A stretch of 64,000 nt of DNA from Thecamonas trahens ATCC 50062 (Eukaryota > Protista > Apusomonadida). The stretch lies in the NCBI RefSeq assembly GCF_000142905.1, contig NW_013657673.1, positions 434,001 through 498,000 of the forward strand, in the 5' to 3' direction. Positions 59,730 to 64,000 of this stretch are shown here, one piece after another (position 1 is the first letter of the stretch; every line of letters starts with the position of its first letter). Position numbers and translations under genes: made by a program. A model generated the notes under the pieces. The model was given only the letters and a program-made list of their open reading frames with translations, was not told the origin of the DNA and made no database searches.

Positions 59730-61149
59730 ATGGCGGTGACATTGCTGTGGTGGCTAGGTCTGGAGGTCCATGACGGGAGCGGAGAAGGCGAGACCGATGG
59801 GACTGGTGGCGATGGAGGAGTTGTGGAGGAGGTACGTCGAGAGAGAGAGAGAGAGAGACAGAGAGACAGAGAGAGTAAAAGGTGGGGAAAAGGGGAGGGG
59901 ATGGGGAGGAGGGAGGCTCACTTACGGATGATGGTGCTCGCTGGGCCTGGGTGCAGATCGATGGTCTGATGGCTGAGTTGCAGATGGTCGAGGAGCGGAT
60001 CGGGCGGCTGGTGGCGGCAGAGGCACAGGCTGCGGCCGAGGAAGTGGCAATGGCAGAGGCTGCAGCAGAGCGAGCTGTGGCAGAAGCAAAGTGGCGGCGG
60101 CGGTGGCGGCAACTGCAAAGGCTGAGGCTGAGGCTGCTGCGGCAGAGATGGAGGGAGGATCGCGCAGTGTCCGCTTTGCTGAGACGGCTGCGTCGTCATC
60201 CGCGACGCCGGTGCGCGGAAAGTCGGTCGATGTGTCGGGTGCAGACTCGCCGTCGGGCAAAGAGTACCCAGCAACGCCGTTCCCGGACGCGGGCGATGCA
60301 ACAGCGTTCCCGCGGTCGAGCTCGGTCGATGTGTCGGGCGCAGACTCGCCGTCGGGCAAAGAGTACCCGGCGACGCCGTTCCCGGACGCGGGCGATGCAA
60401 CAGTGTTCCCGCGGTCGAGCTCGGTCGATGTGTCGGGCGCAGATTCGCCGTCGGGCAAAGAGTACCCGGCGACGCCGTTCCCGGACGCGGGCGATGCAAC
60501 AGCGTTCCCGCGGTCGAGCTCGGTCGATGTGTCGGGCGCAGACTCGCCGTCGGGCAACGAGTACCCGGCGACGCTGGTTCCCAATGCCAACGAGAGCGAA
60601 GAGAACCGGTCTCCGGACACACCCTCGGCTGGGGCGCTCAGCCCGGACGAACTCGCTACCGAGATGCTGCTCGGAGCCGGCGCGACGCCGACCAAGGTGC
60701 AGACGAGCAAGACTCGACCCGAGAACCAGACTCCGCTGCGGACACCGCTGCGGCCGACGCCGCGTCCGTTTATCTTTGCCCAGCGCTCATTGGGCCGCTC
60801 CCCGCGCTCGCCATGGGAGCTGCCGCCGTTCCAGCCGTCGCCGGCCAAGACCCCGGTCCTGCCAGCGTGGGACGCTCACGTTCCGACGAGCAGCTACGAT
60901 GCATCGGCAAGCTATGCCACACCCAAGCGACCATCCCGAGTGGCGGTTGATGCCGATGTAGGTGACGACGCTCTGTACCAGCTCGGCACGCCCATGGTCA
61001 CGCCGTCGTCGGCCCGCCACGCCCGCTACGCCTACACACCAGCCAAGCTCCAATCCGCCCGTAAGCCGGCCATCGCCCTCGACCCGTCGCTGATGGCCTC
61101 GATCTCCTCGCTTCCCATCGACGAGCCAGACTCGCTCTTTGCTCTATGA
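59730..61149 (+). CDS. uncharacterised disordered protein with a short coiled coil and 33-aa repeats (intron 59832-59956; frameshift at 60088-60090)
   Basis: GAG|GTACGT...GTGCAG|ATC phase-0 intron containing (GA)n; one extra A joins AEAK|VAAAVAA to ORF 60091..61149. Confidence 0.6.
60223..60575 (+). repeat. 99-bp coding tandem repeat, ~3.5 copies
   Basis: Units start at 60223, 60322, 60421 and 60520 and encode SVDVSGADSPSGKEYPATPFPDAGDATAFPRSS. Confidence 0.95.
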
Positions 61150-61370
61150 CCGCCCCCCCCCCCCCCCCTGGTAAAGTTCACGTACCCTTGACTGTACGCC
61201 CATCGTCTGTTTCCCTGCACGACCAAATTTTCCCCGCCCCCACCCCCGCAACGAGTCCGATCGACCAACCCCCACGCACCCACGACTCGCCCTCCCCCTA
61301 ACCCCCGCCCTCCCACCCGCACCTTGCGCACAGTCAGCTTCGTGCGCCCACATCCCGTCGAGCTCGGAAC

Positions 61371-62749
61371 ATGGACGGCAGCGGACCTCTGTCGCGCATT
61401 TCAGGAGCCCACCATGTGGTCAAGGTCCACTTTCCGGACCACTCGCGAGAGCTGACGCTGAGAGCCGACGAGGCAACGACCGTGGCGGCGGTACTGGAGA
61501 TGGCTGGCGACAAGATGGGCATGCCTACGGATGTGGTCTCTAACTACTTCTCCATCTGGCTGGTGGCGCCTTCAACGGCAGAAGACTCGCCGCGACTCGA
61601 GCTGTTTCTCCCGCAGGCGCTCCGCATCTCACCGCTGGCCACGGCTTGGAAGGGCCTCGTCCATCACTACCGCGGGCTGGGCATGGCCGATGCAGGCGCT
61701 TTTCTTGAGCTCCGCAAGTCGCCGCGGCTGACGCTTGACGAAGAGCTGGCCATCGAGCATCCGATTGCTCTCAACATGCTCTATTGCGAGGCGCTGGACA
61801 ACATCCGCAACTCGACCTTTGCCGTCTCTTCCAAGGATGCCATCGCCCTAGCCGGCATGGTCTTCCACATCGAGCTTGGCGCGTTCTCGGGCGAGACCCA
61901 CATCAAGGGCTACTACACTCGCAGGCTCATTGAGGTCCTGCCAACTCAGATCTGCGAGTCGTCCAAGTTCAACGTCGACAAGTTTGAGAGCAAGGTTCTC
62001 GCCGCCCACGCCTCACACGGCCGGTCCTCGCGCCTCCTCACCAAGCTCCAGTTCCTGGAGCGGGTTCGCGAGCTGGCGAGCCCGATCTACGGCGCGCAGC
62101 TCTTTGTCTGTGACGTTGCTGTTAATGACGGGTTCACCAAGGGCCTCAAGACTGGCGACACAAGCATTGTGGCGGTCTCGGCCGACTCCCTCGCCTTTCT
62201 TGCTGGTCCGCTTCATGCCCACAAGGTGGTGGCGAGCTTTCCCCTTGGACTCAGCAGCGAGAGTGACGAGAGCGTGAGCGTGGCCGTGACCAGTGAGGAC
62301 ACCGGCCTTGTCCTTACCTTCACCTCGGTCAAGGTCGGAAAAAAGGGCCAGACAACAAGCAGCCTCGCGGTATCCAGCAAGGAGGCGTATCTGCTTGCAC
62401 GCCGGCTGCCGCGCGAGCTGGTGACAAGCGTGCCAAACTCGATGTACGCGGTGACGGCGACGCCGACTGGCGAGGTCGAGTCGCTCGAGGAGCTCATCTG
62501 CGATCTCGAGTTCATCCCTGCTGCTGCTGATGCCGAGCCGAGTGAGGTGTGTGTCTCGGTTGCGACGAGCACGTCGCCGTCGCTGTCGCCGCCGGTTGAT
62601 TCGCCAGCGCCGCCGGCACCACCGGCGCCGCCCACACCGCAGACGCTGACTGCGACCGGCTCGGGCTCGGGCTCGGGCTCGGGGACAGGAGAGCGGGCCA
62701 AGTCTGCCGGAAAGGGCAAGTCGGAGATCAGCTCTGACTCTGTTTCCGA

Positions 62750-62802
<53 letters not shown>

Positions 62803-64000
62803 ACTCAAGCTCGAGTGGCTCCAGCTCGGACTCGGGCGTTGCCGACGGGTCCGGCGGCGCAGCAGGCTCGGCGAGTCTAGCCAGCGTGGCGATGCTCAAG
62901 GTCCGGTCATCGCGGAAGAAGCGGCGAGTTGAGAGCGCCAACGCCGACTTGCGCGACATGCTGAAGGAAAAGGCGACGGCGATGCGCGAGCGACGGGTGC
63001 GAGAGTCTGCAGCAGTGACCATCCAGCAGGCGTGGCGCGGGTACCTCTCGCGTCAGCGGCTCGGAGTTCTGGGAGGCATTGTGCGGCGGGTGCTGGACTC
63101 GCTAGCGCGGGCGCGTGATCGTGTTCCGGCGTTTATCTGCTACAATCCGCGCGAAGACCTGCTCTCCAGCGCGTATGTGCGGGCCAAGATCCTCGCGATG
63201 GACAAGATCCTCTTGCTCAACCGCATCACGTCGCCGTCGGTCCGTGACCCGGAGCTGACGCGTGCCATCCTCTACACCTACCCCAACTACATGTCCGATG
63301 CGGGCTTTCTCAACTACCTCAAGCTGCGGTTCGGATCGAACCCTGGGCCTGCCCGCGACGAGCTGCTTGATCTGCTCGAGGCCACGGCGCCCGAACTGGC
63401 GGTGAGCCCGCAGACGCGAGCCGCGCTGCACGACGACGCCACGACACGGCTGTACCCGTTCCACAGCGCGACACGCGACGCACTGCAGAATCGAGTTCTT
63501 GAGGTCATGGAGTTGTGGTTCAAGCAGCACCCGCGGCTGCTGGCCAAGGAGAGCCGGCTCCGCAGCGAGGTGTACGAGGTGCTCACGGCAATGTCAGGCA
63601 GTGAGTTTGTGATTCTCGAGGACGTGGTCGACCCGCTGGCGGTAGTGGCTGAGGAGGCTGGCGAGGCGGGTACGGCGAGCGATGGCGACGTGACGCGCGG
63701 GTCGTGTGTGCGGACGCACACGACGCCTGTGTCGATCGAGGTCGGCGCGCGTGCGCGGCGGCTGACGACAGCGCTGCAGCTCAAGTACGGCGGGATCGGG
63801 GTGAACGAGGACGAGGGTGGCGAGGAAGGCGCGGCCCGGCGCGGACGAAGCGGCTCGCTGGCGACACTGGCGAGCGGCGAGAACGAGGTGGAGATGCCGA
63901 CGTCGATTTTGCCGCTGGACTCGACCATTTCCAACGTTATGCAGCTGAGTCCCGTGGAGATCGCGCGGCAGATTACGCTCATGGACTATGACGCGCTGCA
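61371..64000 (+). CDS. FERM-IQ-RasGEF (REM plus start of CDC25) protein, 3' truncated by the window edge
   Basis: Open frame from ATG 61371, missing from the ORF track because there is no stop. FERM: VKVHFPD...LNMLYCEA...AIALAG...IYGAQLF. IQ: [11 protein letters not shown] at 63021. REM: [10 protein letters not shown]...[17 protein letters not shown]25 start: [16 protein letters not shown] at 63951. Confidence 0.88.
62678..62802 (+). repeat. (GGCTCG)n coding hexamer repeats (Gly-Ser linkers)
   Basis: Two blocks at ~62678-62702 and ~62750-62802. Confidence 0.85.

Noticed and set aside
60223-60575. Regularly spaced repeats that might suggest a CRISPR array
   Set aside because: The whole 99-bp unit repeats with no unique spacers, it is in frame within a CDS, the context is eukaryotic and there are no cas genes.
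1-64000. tRNA, rRNA, spliceosomal snRNA genes and transposons
   Set aside because: No recognisable signatures found by eye; tRNAscan-SE, Infernal and RepeatMasker would be needed to exclude them.

Overview
A GC-rich, gene-dense, intron-poor eukaryotic nuclear draft scaffold with three N-gaps. The gene content (OFD1, UBA6, RNF213, LKB1, FERM proteins) points to a flagellated amorphean protist; an apusomonad such as Thecamonas is a plausible guess, not a verified assignment. About 19 protein genes are supported: two tandem Gly-rich multi-pass surface proteins, a ~4,970-aa RNF213/mysterin-like AAA+ E3 ligase head-to-head with a UBA6-type E1, a GT54 glycosyltransferase, an articulin-like repeat protein, a membrane-anchored degenerate STAND/TPR/DEP protein, a FERM protein, a RhoGAP, OFD1, YqeY/Aim41, LKB1, homocysteine S-methyltransferase, an RS-rich protein, CSB/ERCC6, a TM-less DEP-Qc-SNARE, a myristoylated EF-hand-like protein, a 33-aa repeat protein and a FERM-IQ-RasGEF. 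Twelve frameshifts split many of these genes in the ORF track, and each is repaired by adding one base to a homopolymer run, most likely sequencing undercalls. Best leads: (1) a structured intergenic RNA at ~29.31-29.65 kb with a telomerase-like template and pseudoknot; (2) the divergent RNF213-UBA6 pair with an intact RZ finger, a degenerate RING and an extra NZF finger; (3) the DEP-anchored soluble SNARE; (4) the articulin-like pellicle candidate. All family calls come from motif recognition by eye; no searches were run.
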